Shown here: piece after piece, positions 18,714 to 28,355 of the stretch | How positions within the stretch are numbered: the first letter of the stretch is position 1 | Layout: every line of letters starts with the position of its first letter | Origin: an uncultured Methanosarcinales archaeon | Lineage (GTDB): Archaea > Nanobdellota > Nanobdellia > Woesearchaeales > CAYPCY01 | Direction of reading: 5' to 3' | Assembly: GCA_964409385.1 (NCBI GenBank) | Contig: CAYPCY010000001.1 | Span: 170,546-234,545 of the forward strand | DNA length: 64,000 bases | Notes under the pieces: generated by a model | Databases searched by the model: none | What the model was told of the DNA's origin: nothing | Seen by the model: the letters and a program-made list of their open reading frames with translations, nothing else | Position numbers and translations under genes: made by a program

Positions 18714-19925
18714 ATGATTATCCGTCCTTCTTGCACTCACACTAAAGATTTTTGTCCTATTTGTTTTAGAAAGCAAGTTTTCATGTCTTATAAGAAGAAA
18801 CAGTTTAAGGATTATGTTTTTGGGAGTACTCCTACTCCTTTTATTGGACGATTTAATTATCCTAATATTAATGTTGGTGTCTTAAATCTTGATTCTCATA
18901 AGGAGGATGCTTCAATTTATGATTCTCCTAAGGAATGGGCTAGGAAGAATTTTTCTATTGAGCAAGTTGCTAATTTAAGAGTTGATCTTATTAATTCTAG
19001 AAGTAAATCTAATGTTAAAGGATCTGAAAAAATTAATGAATTGAGTAGACTTGTTGGCTTGGCTAAAAGACCTGTTGATATGGAAGTTCAGTTTAAGAAA
19101 AAACCTTCTCATGGTTTTAATTTTGATAATTATTCTTCTCCTTCTGGCCCTAAAGCTTTAATTTCTAGAGCTTCTATTACTGAGAATGTTCCTATTGATT
19201 CGCGTGTTGAAAAGGTTCATTCAGATACTGATCTTAAGGCGAATGATGCTTTGACTTATTTGCAAAGTAGGGGGTTTAATGAAACTTTTTTGTCCAGGGC
19301 ATTAAGTGTGGGTGCTTTTGGAAAGAAACTTTCTAGAAAATTAGTTCCTACCCGTTGGAGTATTACTGCTTCTGATGATATTTTGGGGAAGAACTTAATT
19401 GGTAAAATTAAGGATTTTAAAGAGAGTTCTTTCTTGTCTTTTTTTGATGGTTATCTTGGGAATAATTATTTGGTTTTGTTTCTTCCTGGCGTTTGGAGTT
19501 TTGAATTGTTTGAGATTATGGTTTCTAAATCTGTAAATCCTTGGAGTAAGAATAAATTGTTTTATTCTACAGATTATGAATTTTATAATGGTAGAAAATC
19601 TTATGCTGATGAGACTATTGGTGGTTATTATGCTTCTCGTCTTGGTATTGCTGAAAAACTTTTTAGTATGAAGAGGCAAGCTTCAGTTCTTGTTTTTAGG
19701 TTTATTACTGATAATTATTCTATGCCTTTAGGTGTTTGGGTAGTTCGTGAAGCTTGTAGAAAGAGTTTGAATTCGGAAGGTTTTGAATTTTCTGATCATG
19801 AGTTATTATTAAATTATGCTAGAACGCTTTCCAAGAAAAAATTCAATATTGACCTTGATGTAATACTTAGTAAGTCTAAAGTTTTGAAAGAAACTAAATC
19901 TCAAAAGAAGTTGTTTGAATTCTAA
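18714..19925 (+). CDS. Nre-family DNA repair protein with C-terminal PCNA-binding (PIP) motif
   Basis: KLVPTRWSITA, GGYYA, PLGVWVVRE, terminal QKKLFEF. Confidence 0.88.
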   Translation: MIIRPSCTHTKDFCPICFRKQVFMSYKKKQFKDYVFGSTPTPFIGRFNYPNINVGVLNLDSHKEDASIYDSPKEWARKNFSIEQVANLRVDLINSRSKSNVKGSEKINELSRLVGLAKRPVDMEVQFKKKPSHGFNFDNYSSPSGPKALISRASITENVPIDSRVEKVHSDTDLKANDALTYLQSRGFNETFLSRALSVGAFGKKLSRKLVPTRWSITASDDILGKNLIGKIKDFKESSFLSFFDGYLGNNYLVLFLPGVWSFELFEIMVSKSVNPWSKNKLFYSTDYEFYNGRKSYADETIGGYYASRLGIAEKLFSMKRQASVLVFRFITDNYSMPLGVWVVREACRKSLNSEGFEFSDHELLLNYARTLSKKKFNIDLDVILSKSKVLKETKSQKKLFEF

Positions 19926-19960
19926 TAAATTTTATAAGTTAATTAATTCTTCTTTATCTA

Positions 19961-21049
19961 ATGATTTTAAAGTTTTTTTATAAGAATTTGCTTAAAAAAA
20001 TTTTGTTCTTAAGAGATCCGGAGAAGGTTCATAATAGATTTATTAAAATTGGTAAATTTCTTGGGGATAATTCTTTATTTAGAAAATTAATTAAGTCTTT
20101 ATTTTATTATGAGAATAAAAAGTTAGAACAGAGTATTCTAGGTATTAAATTTTCTAATCCTGTTGGTCTCGCGGCTGGTTTTGACAAGGATGCTGAATTA
20201 ACTGATATTCTTCCTTCTTTAGGTTTTGGTTTTGAAGAAGTTGGTTCTATTACTGGCGAGTTTTGTCCTGGAAATCCAAAGCCTCGTCTTTGGAGGTTGA
20301 AAAAATCTAAGGCGCTTGTTGTTTATTATGGTTTGAAAAGTCTTGGTCGTAAAAGAATTTTTTTGAAATTGAAACATAAGCAATTTAGAATTCCTATTGG
20401 TATTAGTATTGCAAGAACTAATATTAAAAAAACTGTTCCTTTACAAGCAGGAATTGATGATTATGTTAATTCTTTCAGGACATTTTCTGGAGTTGGAGAT
20501 TACTTCACTATTAATATTAGTTGTCCTAACACTTGTGGTGGTGAACCTTTTACTAACTCATCTAATTTAGATAAGTTACTTGATGAATTGGATAAAATTT
20601 ATACTAAACATCCTATTTTTTTGAAATTATCTCCTGACTTGAGTAATTCCGAACTTGATAGAATTATTGAATTATCTTACAGGCATAGAATTCATGGTTT
20701 TATTTGTTCTAATTTATCTAAAAAAAGAAATTTTAAGCTTGAGGAGAATATTCCTAAAAATGGGGGTATTAGTGGTAAGGTTGTTGAGGATAAAGCAAAT
20801 AATATGATTAAATATTTATATTCTAAGACCAAGGGGAATTTTGTTATTATTGGTGTCGGGGGTATTTTTTCTGCTGAAGATGCTTATAAGAAGATCAAAC
20901 TTGGTTCTTCTTTAGTTCAGTTAATTACGGGCATGGTTTTTGAAGGTCCTCAATTAATTAAAGAAATAAATAGGGGCTTGGTTAGATTGTTAGAAGAGGA
21001 TGGGTTCAGTAATATTTCTGAGGTTGTTGGTAAAAACCAAAATTATTAA
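19961..21049 (+). CDS. pyrD: Dihydroorotate dehydrogenase, class 2-like (quinone type)
   Basis: DPEKVH N-terminal extension, NPVGLAAGFDK, GNPKPR, INISCPN, LKLSPDL, GGISG, IIGVGGI. Confidence 0.92.
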   Translation: MILKFFYKNLLKKILFLRDPEKVHNRFIKIGKFLGDNSLFRKLIKSLFYYENKKLEQSILGIKFSNPVGLAAGFDKDAELTDILPSLGFGFEEVGSITGEFCPGNPKPRLWRLKKSKALVVYYGLKSLGRKRIFLKLKHKQFRIPIGISIARTNIKKTVPLQAGIDDYVNSFRTFSGVGDYFTINISCPNTCGGEPFTNSSNLDKLLDELDKIYTKHPIFLKLSPDLSNSELDRIIELSYRHRIHGFICSNLSKKRNFKLEENIPKNGGISGKVVEDKANNMIKYLYSKTKGNFVIIGVGGIFSAEDAYKKIKLGSSLVQLITGMVFEGPQLIKEINRGLVRLLEEDGFSNISEVVGKNQNY

Positions 21050-21074
21050 AAGTTCTTTATTCTCAATTGTATTT

Positions 21075-23606
21075 ATGCTTTCGGATAAGGAGATTAAAAA
21101 AAAGTTTAAGTTGGAAGCTAGTAAGTTTCCTGAAAAGTATTATGCTGTTAGTTTCTTGAAGAAGCAGGGTTTTTTTAGGAGTAATTGTTCTAAGTGTAAA
21201 AAGTTTTTTTGGAGTACTGATTCTTCTAGAATTGTTTGTGGTGATTCTTCTTGTGAGGGTAGGGTTTCTTTATTTGATAATAAGTCTGGGAAGAAGATGA
21301 GTTATGTTCAGGTTTGGCTTAAGTATTCTGCTTTTTTCAAGAAGAGGGGATATGAGGTTATTAATCGTTATCCTGTTGTTGCTAGGTGGAATCCTACTGT
21401 TGATTTTACTATTGCTTCGATTGCTGCTTTTCAGCCTCATGTTGTTTCTGGTGAGTCTTTACCTCCTGCTAGAAAACTTGTTATTCCACAATTTTGTTTG
21501 AGGTTTGGTGATATTGATAATGTTGGTGTTACTGGAAGTCATAATACTGGTTTTGTTATGATTGGTCAACATGCTTTTGTTACTCCTTCTGTTTGGAATC
21601 AGGAGAAATTTTTTAGGGATATTTTTGAGTATGCTCTTGAGGTTGTTGGTTTGTCTAGGGATGAATTGACTTTGCACGAGGATGCTTGGGCTGGTGGTGG
21701 TAATTTTGGTCCTTGCATGGAGTTTTTTGCTTATGGTATTGAATTATTTAATCAGGTTTATATGTTGTTTGAACAGGATGGTTTTGGTCGTAAGGATTTG
21801 AAGCAGAAAGTTCTTGATATGGGTTTGGGTATGGAGAGGATTGCTTGGTTTAGTCAGGGTACTGTTACTATGTATGATGCTGTTTTTCCTGAAGCTATTT
21901 CTTTTTTGAAGAAGAAAACCAGGGTCGAGTTTGATTTTGAATTGTTTAAGAAGTTTGCTCCTTACTCTTCTCTTTTAAATTTGGATGAGGTGGATGATGT
22001 TGAGTCTGTATGGGAGGATATTTCTTCTAAAGTTGGTGTTAAAAGTTCTGTTTTAAAAAGTAAGATCAGGCCTATGACTGGTATTTATAGTGTTGCTGAG
22101 CATTCTAGAAGTTTATTATTTGCTATTGCTGATGGTGCTCTTCCTAGTAATGTTGGAGGTTCTTATAATTTAAGGGTTATTTTTAGGAGGGCCTTGTCTT
22201 TTATTGATGAGTTTGGGTGGAAGGTTGATTTTAATGATTTGGTTAGGATTCATGCTAAGAGTTTGAAAATAATTTTTCCCGAGCTTATGTCTAAGGTTGG
22301 TGATGTTTGTAAGATTCTTGATTTTGAGAAGAAGAAGTATGTTGAGAATAGGATTAGGTCTAAGGTTTTGCTTGGTCGTGTTTTAAAATCCCGGATTAGT
22401 GAGAAGAAATTGTTTGAATTGTATGATAGTCATGGTATTACTCCTGATATTGTTAGGTTGGAGGCTTTAAAGTTGAAGGTTAAGGTTGATATTCCTAATG
22501 ATTTTTATAAGCAGATTTCTGAAAGGCATGATAGGAGTTCTAAAATTTCAACTAGGGTTGCTGAAAAGTTTGATATTAGTGTTGTTAGTACTAAAGCTTT
22601 ATATTTTGATGATTATTTACGGCTTTCTTGTAATTCTACTGTTTTAAAGGCTTTTTCTGTTGGTGGGAAGAATTATGTTGTTCTTGACAAGACTGTGTTC
22701 TATCCGACTTCGGGTGGTCAGTTGCATGATATTGGTAGTTTGTCTTTTAAGTCTGGAAAGGTTAAAGTTCTTAATGTTTTGAAGCAGGGAAAGTATATTA
22801 TTCATTTGGTTAGTAAGGGTTTGAAGAAGGGTTTGAAGGTTTCTTGTTTGGTTGATAGGGATAGGCGTGTTCAACTTGCTCAGCATCATTCTACCGCTCA
22901 TATTTTGAATGCTGTTTGTAGGAAAGTGTTGGGGGAGAATGTTTGGCAGGCTGGTGCTGCTAAGACTTTGGAGAAGGGCAGGTTGGATATTACTCATTTT
23001 GAAATTCCTTCTGGTTCTGATGTTAAGAAGATTGAAGTTCTTGCTAATAATATTGTTAAGTCTAAGGTTGAGATTAAGAAGTCTTTTATGTCTCGTTCTG
23101 TTGCTGAGAAGAAGTATGGTTTTTCTTTATATCAGGGTGGTGTTGCTCCTGGTCAGAAGTTGAGGATTGTTGATATTAAGGGTTTGGATGTTGAGGCTTG
23201 TGGTGGTACTCATTTGAATAATACTTTTGAGGCTGGTTTGATTAAGATAGTTAAGGTTTCTAAAGTTCAGGATGGTATTATTAGGTTGGAGTTTGTTTCT
23301 GGTTCTGCTTCAGCTTCTAAGTCTGGTGAGTTTTCTTCTTTGATTAAGGATTTGGAAGGCTTGCTTGGGGTTGAGAAGGAGTTTATTCCTGGTCGGGTTT
23401 CTGAATTATTTAGTTTGTGGAAGAAGGTTCGTAAGTTTAGTAAGAAGGGGAGGAAGGTTGATTTTTCTTTAGTTTTAAATTCTTGTGATAAGGTTAAATT
23501 ATCTGATGAGCAAATTCTTGTTAAGACTGCTTTAATTCTTAACACTCAAAAGGAGCATTTGGTCAAGACTATTTCTAGGTTTTTGAAGGATTTGAAGAAG
23601 GTTTAA
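21075..23606 (+). CDS. alaS: Alanine-tRNA ligase (archaeal type), short C-terminus
   Basis: YPVVARW, ASIAAFQP, CLRFGDIDNVG, WAGGGNFGP, editing QHHSTAH and EACGGTH. Start reassigned to MLSDKE. Confidence 0.96.
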   Translation: MLSDKEIKKKFKLEASKFPEKYYAVSFLKKQGFFRSNCSKCKKFFWSTDSSRIVCGDSSCEGRVSLFDNKSGKKMSYVQVWLKYSAFFKKRGYEVINRYPVVARWNPTVDFTIASIAAFQPHVVSGESLPPARKLVIPQFCLRFGDIDNVGVTGSHNTGFVMIGQHAFVTPSVWNQEKFFRDIFEYALEVVGLSRDELTLHEDAWAGGGNFGPCMEFFAYGIELFNQVYMLFEQDGFGRKDLKQKVLDMGLGMERIAWFSQGTVTMYDAVFPEAISFLKKKTRVEFDFELFKKFAPYSSLLNLDEVDDVESVWEDISSKVGVKSSVLKSKIRPMTGIYSVAEHSRSLLFAIADGALPSNVGGSYNLRVIFRRALSFIDEFGWKVDFNDLVRIHAKSLKIIFPELMSKVGDVCKILDFEKKKYVENRIRSKVLLGRVLKSRISEKKLFELYDSHGITPDIVRLEALKLKVKVDIPNDFYKQISERHDRSSKISTRVAEKFDISVVSTKALYFDDYLRLSCNSTVLKAFSVGGKNYVVLDKTVFYPTSGGQLHDIGSLSFKSGKVKVLNVLKQGKYIIHLVSKGLKKGLKVSCLVDRDRRVQLAQHHSTAHILNAVCRKVLGENVWQAGAAKTLEKGRLDITHFEIPSGSDVKKIEVLANNIVKSKVEIKKSFMSRSVAEKKYGFSLYQGGVAPGQKLRIVDIKGLDVEACGGTHLNNTFEAGLIKIVKVSKVQDGIIRLEFVSGSASASKSGEFSSLIKDLEGLLGVEKEFIPGRVSELFSLWKKVRKFSKKGRKVDFSLVLNSCDKVKLSDEQILVKTALILNTQKEHLVKTISRFLKDLKKV

Positions 23607-23648
23607 ATATTAAAAAAATTTAAATAGTAAATTCTTAATTCCTAGTTC

Positions 23649-24041
23649 ATGTTTCACATTCCTGTTTTAATATTATCAATTATTGGTTTTGGTTTTTCTT
23701 ATTTTATTTATTCTAAAAAGTCTAAGCATGAACCTTTAGAGTGTATGATTGGAGGAACTTGTAATAATGTAGTCAACAGTAAATACTCTTCACTTTTCAA
23801 GGTTGATAATTCTGTTATTGGAATGTCTTACTATGTACTGATGTTTTTTGTTTCTTTAGCTTTATTTTTTATTACAATTAATTCATTACTTTTTTTAGGA
23901 TTATTAGTTATTTCTGGAATTGCTGCATTATCTGCAATAATCTTGACTGGAATTCAAGCTTTTGTTCTTAAAGAATTTTGTGAGTATTGTATTATTCCTA
24001 ATTTAATTAATATTATTATTTTCTTACTAATTTACTATTAG
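23649..24041 (+). CDS. Vitamin K epoxide reductase (VKOR) family protein
   Basis: C-x5-C...V..SKYS loop, 4 TM, CEYC. Confidence 0.88.
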   Translation: MFHIPVLILSIIGFGFSYFIYSKKSKHEPLECMIGGTCNNVVNSKYSSLFKVDNSVIGMSYYVLMFFVSLALFFITINSLLFLGLLVISGIAALSAIILTGIQAFVLKEFCEYCIIPNLINIIIFLLIYY

Positions 24042-24392
24042 TTGGCCGGTCATATAATTATGACCACTTCCACAATATACCGAACAAGAGAATGTGAATG
24101 TTCCTTTTTTATCTGCTACGAATTGAATATCTACTGTTTCTCCAGGAATTAAATTTTCATAAACTTCAAATTCTGGAATGCTTATACCATGTGTTACATC
24201 AGTGCTTTCAATATGAAGTAATACGGTATCTCCTTCATTTACTGTTATTGTTGATGGTTCAAAACTCCATTGTTTTGCAATCATGTTTATTTCTACAGTT
24301 TCACCTTCTCCAGCAGGATAGACAACTTCATCAATACTTGATGAACAACCTATTATAAACAATAGTAGTGTTAGAAACAATAATTTTTTCAT
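24027..24392 (-). CDS. CuA-type cupredoxin-domain lipoprotein (COX2 C-terminal-like)
   Basis: Lipobox IIGC; QWSF, DVTHG, CSVYCGSGHNYM. Confidence 0.85.
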   Translation of the reverse strand: MKKLLFLTLLLFIIGCSSSIDEVVYPAGEGETVEINMIAKQWSFEPSTITVNEGDTVLLHIESTDVTHGISIPEFEVYENLIPGETVDIQFVADKKGTFTFSCSVYCGSGHNYMTGQLIVN

Positions 24393-24441
24393 AAACTTTA
24401 ATCACAAAAAAGTATATATAAATTTTTCTAAAAGAGAAAGG

Positions 24442-24493
24442 CCCTTGGTCAAAACTTTCGGGGGAGGGGTGGTAGAAAATGAATGACCAAGGG
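24442..24493 (-). terminator. 3'-UTR hairpin with large C-rich loop followed by T-rich tract (terminator or sRNA candidate)
   Basis: Perfect 10-bp IR CCCTTGGTCA (24442-24451)/TGACCAAGGG (24484-24493); CCTTTCTCTTTT follows on minus strand. Confidence 0.55.
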
Positions 24494-24507
24494 TTCCACC
24501 ATGAATA

Positions 24508-24924
24508 TTATTTTTTTAAATACTTTAATTGGATTGGGGGTTTTCTTACTTCTTGTAACCACATCAGTCCAACTTTCATCATATTTTTGTTGAATCTTTC
24601 GCTTAGTTTGTAATTTTTTTTGTAAACATCATAGTCTATTATGCCCATTGCTTTCATCGGAGTTAGTATCCTATCGTAAAATTGTCTTTTGTTGTAGGAT
24701 ATTGTTCCTTTCGTTTTCTTCACAATTCCCTTAGTTTCTGCTTCTACTAAGGTTCCTTCGTGAAGTCTTGTTGCAAAAAGACTCATTTCGGTCTTTCCTA
24801 TTATTCCGTCATGAATTTTTAATTCTTCAACGAGCAGTTTACCAACGATGATTTGTTGTTTTGTCGCGAATATTATTTCATATATGTTATCTGGAAAGTT
24901 GAACTGGTCAAATAACACAACCAT
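24508..24924 (-). CDS. Conserved-looking hypothetical protein, possible winged-helix
   Basis: Own TATA box; QFYDRILTPMKAMGIIDYD...YKLS resembles a wHTH recognition helix and wing. Confidence 0.65.
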   Translation of the reverse strand: MVVLFDQFNFPDNIYEIIFATKQQIIVGKLLVEELKIHDGIIGKTEMSLFATRLHEGTLVEAETKGIVKKTKGTISYNKRQFYDRILTPMKAMGIIDYDVYKKNYKLSERFNKNMMKVGLMWLQEVRKPPIQLKYLKK

Positions 24925-25029
24925 TTATGGTATGATACCCTGTATTAATATATAAATATTTCGTTTTGTATACGTTTTCGTATACTAATATTGGAAAGAT
25001 ATTTAAGGTAATAAGATAAACATTAACTA

Positions 25030-25407
25030 ATGAACCATGAAGAAATACTATTCATCTTAGATGAAGGTCATAAAGATTTACAAAAATTAAATGTTAAAAA
25101 AGCATTATTCAACTATAAAATAGCCTTAAAAAACTATAATCCTGACAGTTTATCAAGAAGAAATTCTGAATCTATAGGTAATTCAATATACGAATTATAT
25201 AAAAAATTGAATATTCTGGAAACTATTAAACTAAGTCATAAAGAAGTTGATCTCAAGAACGAAGCATCCTTACAATCTAACTTGATCGAAATTAAGAATA
25301 CATACAGTTCATTAAGTCTTGATTTGTTCGATAATTCTCCTTTTTGCAGTCACATATTAAGAAGTAATGAATATTTTTCTCAAGTTCTTGACAATTTAAG
25401 AAGATGA
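25030..25407 (+). CDS. Hypothetical protein
   Basis: ORF with TATA-like TTTAA about 25 nt upstream. Confidence 0.6.
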   Translation: MNHEEILFILDEGHKDLQKLNVKKALFNYKIALKNYNPDSLSRRNSESIGNSIYELYKKLNILETIKLSHKEVDLKNEASLQSNLIEIKNTYSSLSLDLFDNSPFCSHILRSNEYFSQVLDNLRR

Positions 25408-25628
25408 TTGAATACAACATCAAAGATTATCATATTTACACAAAGATTGAATTTATTGAAAAACCATATTACAAAGTTGCCAAAATAAAATATTGTTTAG
25501 GTCCTGTAAAAAATATCGAGGAAGTTTTCGAAAATCAAGCTAGCAAACTAGAAGTTATTGTTACAGGCTTGGGAAAGAGCAAGACTGAAAGAAAAATTAA
25601 GAGGCTGATTGCACAGCAGCTTTTTTAA
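25404..25628 (+). CDS. Hypothetical protein
   Basis: ATGA overlap with previous ORF. Confidence 0.5.
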   Translation: MIEYNIKDYHIYTKIEFIEKPYYKVAKIKYCLGPVKNIEEVFENQASKLEVIVTGLGKSKTERKIKRLIAQQLF

Positions 25629-27493
25629 AGAAATTATCAATGAAAGATTCATATAATACAGTGACTTTTACTCTCCGAACATCAGGAAATAATCTAAAGT
25701 AAATATCTAAAGCATATCTTTTATCTAAGAAAACAATAACTCCCCTATCTTTCTCGCTACGAATACATCTTCCTGCAGATTGCATTACTTTATTGAATGC
25801 AGGTATTAAATAACCATAATCCCAACCCTTACCAAATTTAGTTTCATAATAATCAATTAGTGATTTAGTTTCTAAATTTGGTTTTTGTAAGGGTAATCCT
25901 ACAACAATTACTGCTTTTAAGAAATCTCCATGTAAATTTATACTTTCAGAAAAACTTCCTGAAGAAACAGCCATTAAACAAGCTCCAGTTTCTTTAAAAC
26001 CCTTAAATTCCTCTAATAATTTCTGTTTTTCTTCCTTTGTTGAATTACTACTTTCTAAAAGCAATGGTTTTTCAGAGAATAAGGTTAGTTTTCTATGAAC
26101 TTCATTTCTTAAGAAATAACTAGGAAAGAATATTATTACATTTCCTGGAACTTTTGATATTATCTTACTACAATGTTCCGCAATATTTTCGTATTGTTGT
26201 TCTGATCTTTCCTTATATTTAGTTGTGGTTTTAGGAACTACTAATAACAATTTATTTTCTTCTGGAAATGGATCTGGATAAGTAATTTCTTTAGTTTCTT
26301 TTGAAAAACCCAATATTTCTTTATACATTGAAGTAGGAGTTAAAGTTCCAGACATTATAATTACTGAAGAACTAACATCTATTACTTCTTTAGCAATAAT
26401 ACTAGGATCTAAGCACCTGTAAGATAAAGTTGTAAAGTCTTCCTCTTTAGATATTATCCTCACATGACCTTCTTCATCCTTGCTCCAGTTTTCTAAAAAA
26501 CCTGCTAGGCTTCCTAAGAATGATATCCTTTGTTCTTCCCTAACAGTATCTGCTAGTTTTTCTAAATCTTTAATTACTTCATCATACTCTACTATTCTGC
26601 TTATTCCTTCTATTAAAAAATTTTTATTAACCCTTTTTTCTGTTTCACCCTCTAACTTCCCAGTTTCGCTCTCTAACAATAANNNNNNNNNNGTCACATA
26701 AAACAATTTTTTCTATTATCGCATTCAATTCAGGATCATGTTTTCTTGATTCTTTTAATGCTCTTGAGAGTATGAAACTATTTATTTTTGCAGATGCTAA
26801 ATCTTTTATTCTCTCTCCTAAATTATGAGCCTCATCAACAATTATTATACTATCCTCTAAATTTTTACCAATTTTTGTTAAAAATCGTTCTCTAATACTA
26901 GGATTGAATAAATAATAATAATCACACACTATAACTTTTGAATTTTCACATAATAAAGTTGAAATTTCATAAGGACACAATCCAGCTTGTTTCATTTCCT
27001 TTTGTATGATTTCAGAATCCAAAGGCGTTCTTTCCTTTAATCTAACAACTGCAAGTTCAGAGTCTATTGTTGTCTTTCCCTTTTTTTTGGTTTTAGAATA
27101 AAAATCACATTTGTCATCTTCCCTTACTGCCTTGCAATATTCTGAAAAGTCTGAACTTGTTAGTGTTTGAACACCTTCTACTGCACATAACCATTTTTTA
27201 CCTACAATACTAGTAACTCCAAAATTCAAATCATATTTTTCTTTTATTTTCTTTGCAGTTTTCAATACTATCCTATGTTGTGTATGTCTTGAAGTCAGGA
27301 AGAATACTGTTTTCTCACTCTTCATAGCATAAGCCAATGCAGGAGCCAATGCTGAGGCTGTTTTTCCTATGCCTGTAGGTGCATTAATAACCAAATTATT
27401 AGAATTATTAACAGCATCTCTAACTTCTTGAACTAATGAAGACTGTATTTTTCTAAAATTTTCATGGGGAAAGAGAACTTCTTCTGAATTCAT
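25597..27493 (-). CDS. xpd: XPD/Rad3 Fe-S DNA helicase (appears as two ORFs only because of the N-gap at 26683-26692)
   Basis: APTGIGKT, four Fe-S Cys ending in CPYE, DEAH, SGTL, FFPSY, QSAGRCIR; start MNSEEVLFPH. Confidence 0.9.
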
Positions 27494-27521
27494 GAAGATA
27501 GTAAGCCAATCTATTTTATAA

Positions 27522-28259
27522 CTATTTGGTCTTCCTGTCCAGTCTAGATCTTGTTTTAGAAATTTGTTGTGATACTTTTTTTCCTGCTTGTTTAGCATGG
27601 TGTTTTAAAGTATCAAATCCTAAATTCATTCTTGTCTTGAAATTTTCTATTTGTGGTTTTTTCCTTGAAAGTTGTAATTGCCATTCTATACTGTATTGAT
27701 TCATTATTTTATGCTTGTCTTTTTTTGTATCTCCATACTTGTCAAAGAATACTACTTCATTAATTTCTCTAGAAAGCTGTCTTTTCTCAAACCCTAAAAT
27801 TTCTTCGCTATAACCTAATGGAATTATTAGTTCAGGCCTTGCTGTTTTTGGTATGTATAAAAGATCCCTAACTCCTGATTCTTGAAATGCAAAAATATAA
27901 TTAAATGCAACTCCTACATCAGTTGCTGCTAAACTTATTTGATTTCCTACAAATGCACAGTTTTGTATAGTGTATAAACTTCCTGCTTGTCCAAATCTTT
28001 GTTTTATGGAGTCTAACTCTCCACAAACTACTATTACTGCTGGAGCTTTTGCTAAATAGCCTTGGTTTGGACAGTATGTTGCTAGTTTCCTTATAATATC
28101 AGGATTTTCAACCAGTATTAAATTCCAATTTTGGAGGTTGCCTGCAGAAATAGCATAATTTCCTGCTTCTAATATGGCAGTAATTTTATCAAATTCAACT
28201 CTAGCATTTAGAAACTTCTTAGTCCTTTCTACTCTTTGTATTAATTCGAAAAATTCCAT
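27522..28259 (-). CDS. Nitroreductase family protein with C-terminal extension
   Basis: ILEAG.YA.SAGNLQNW, APAVIVVC, IPLGY. Confidence 0.8.
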   Translation of the reverse strand: MEFFELIQRVERTKKFLNARVEFDKITAILEAGNYAISAGNLQNWNLILVENPDIIRKLATYCPNQGYLAKAPAVIVVCGELDSIKQRFGQAGSLYTIQNCAFVGNQISLAATDVGVAFNYIFAFQESGVRDLLYIPKTARPELIIPLGYSEEILGFEKRQLSREINEVVFFDKYGDTKKDKHKIMNQYSIEWQLQLSRKKPQIENFKTRMNLGFDTLKHHAKQAGKKVSQQISKTRSRLDRKTK

Positions 28260-28277
28260 TTTAAAAAAAGAAAAAAT

Positions 28278-28347
28278 CCCCTCTTTGTTGAGGGGTTAGA
28301 ATAATTTGCCTTCTTAATCGTTGGGGGTGATTAGCATGAAGGCAAAT
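28278..28347 (-). terminator. Two hairpins in the ftsZ 3' region (terminator and possible sRNA element)
   Basis: IR ATTTGCCTTC/GAAGGCAAAT with inner TAATC/GATTA; second IR CCCCTC/GAGGGG followed by T-run on minus strand. Confidence 0.6.
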
Positions 28348-28355
28348 AAAGAACA

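Noticed and set aside
21000..21074. N-terminal extensions given by the ORF track for alaS (also rps15 at 34139 and xpd at 27598)
   Set aside because: They overlap upstream genes or promoters; downstream ATGs match the family N-termini.
24968..24985. GTATAC-N6-GTATAC beside the TATA box of the 138-aa gene
   Set aside because: Could be an operator, but too short in an AT-rich context to support without comparison.
26645..26706. Apparent split/frameshifted XPD
   Set aside because: The break coincides with the N-gap; both halves are intact.
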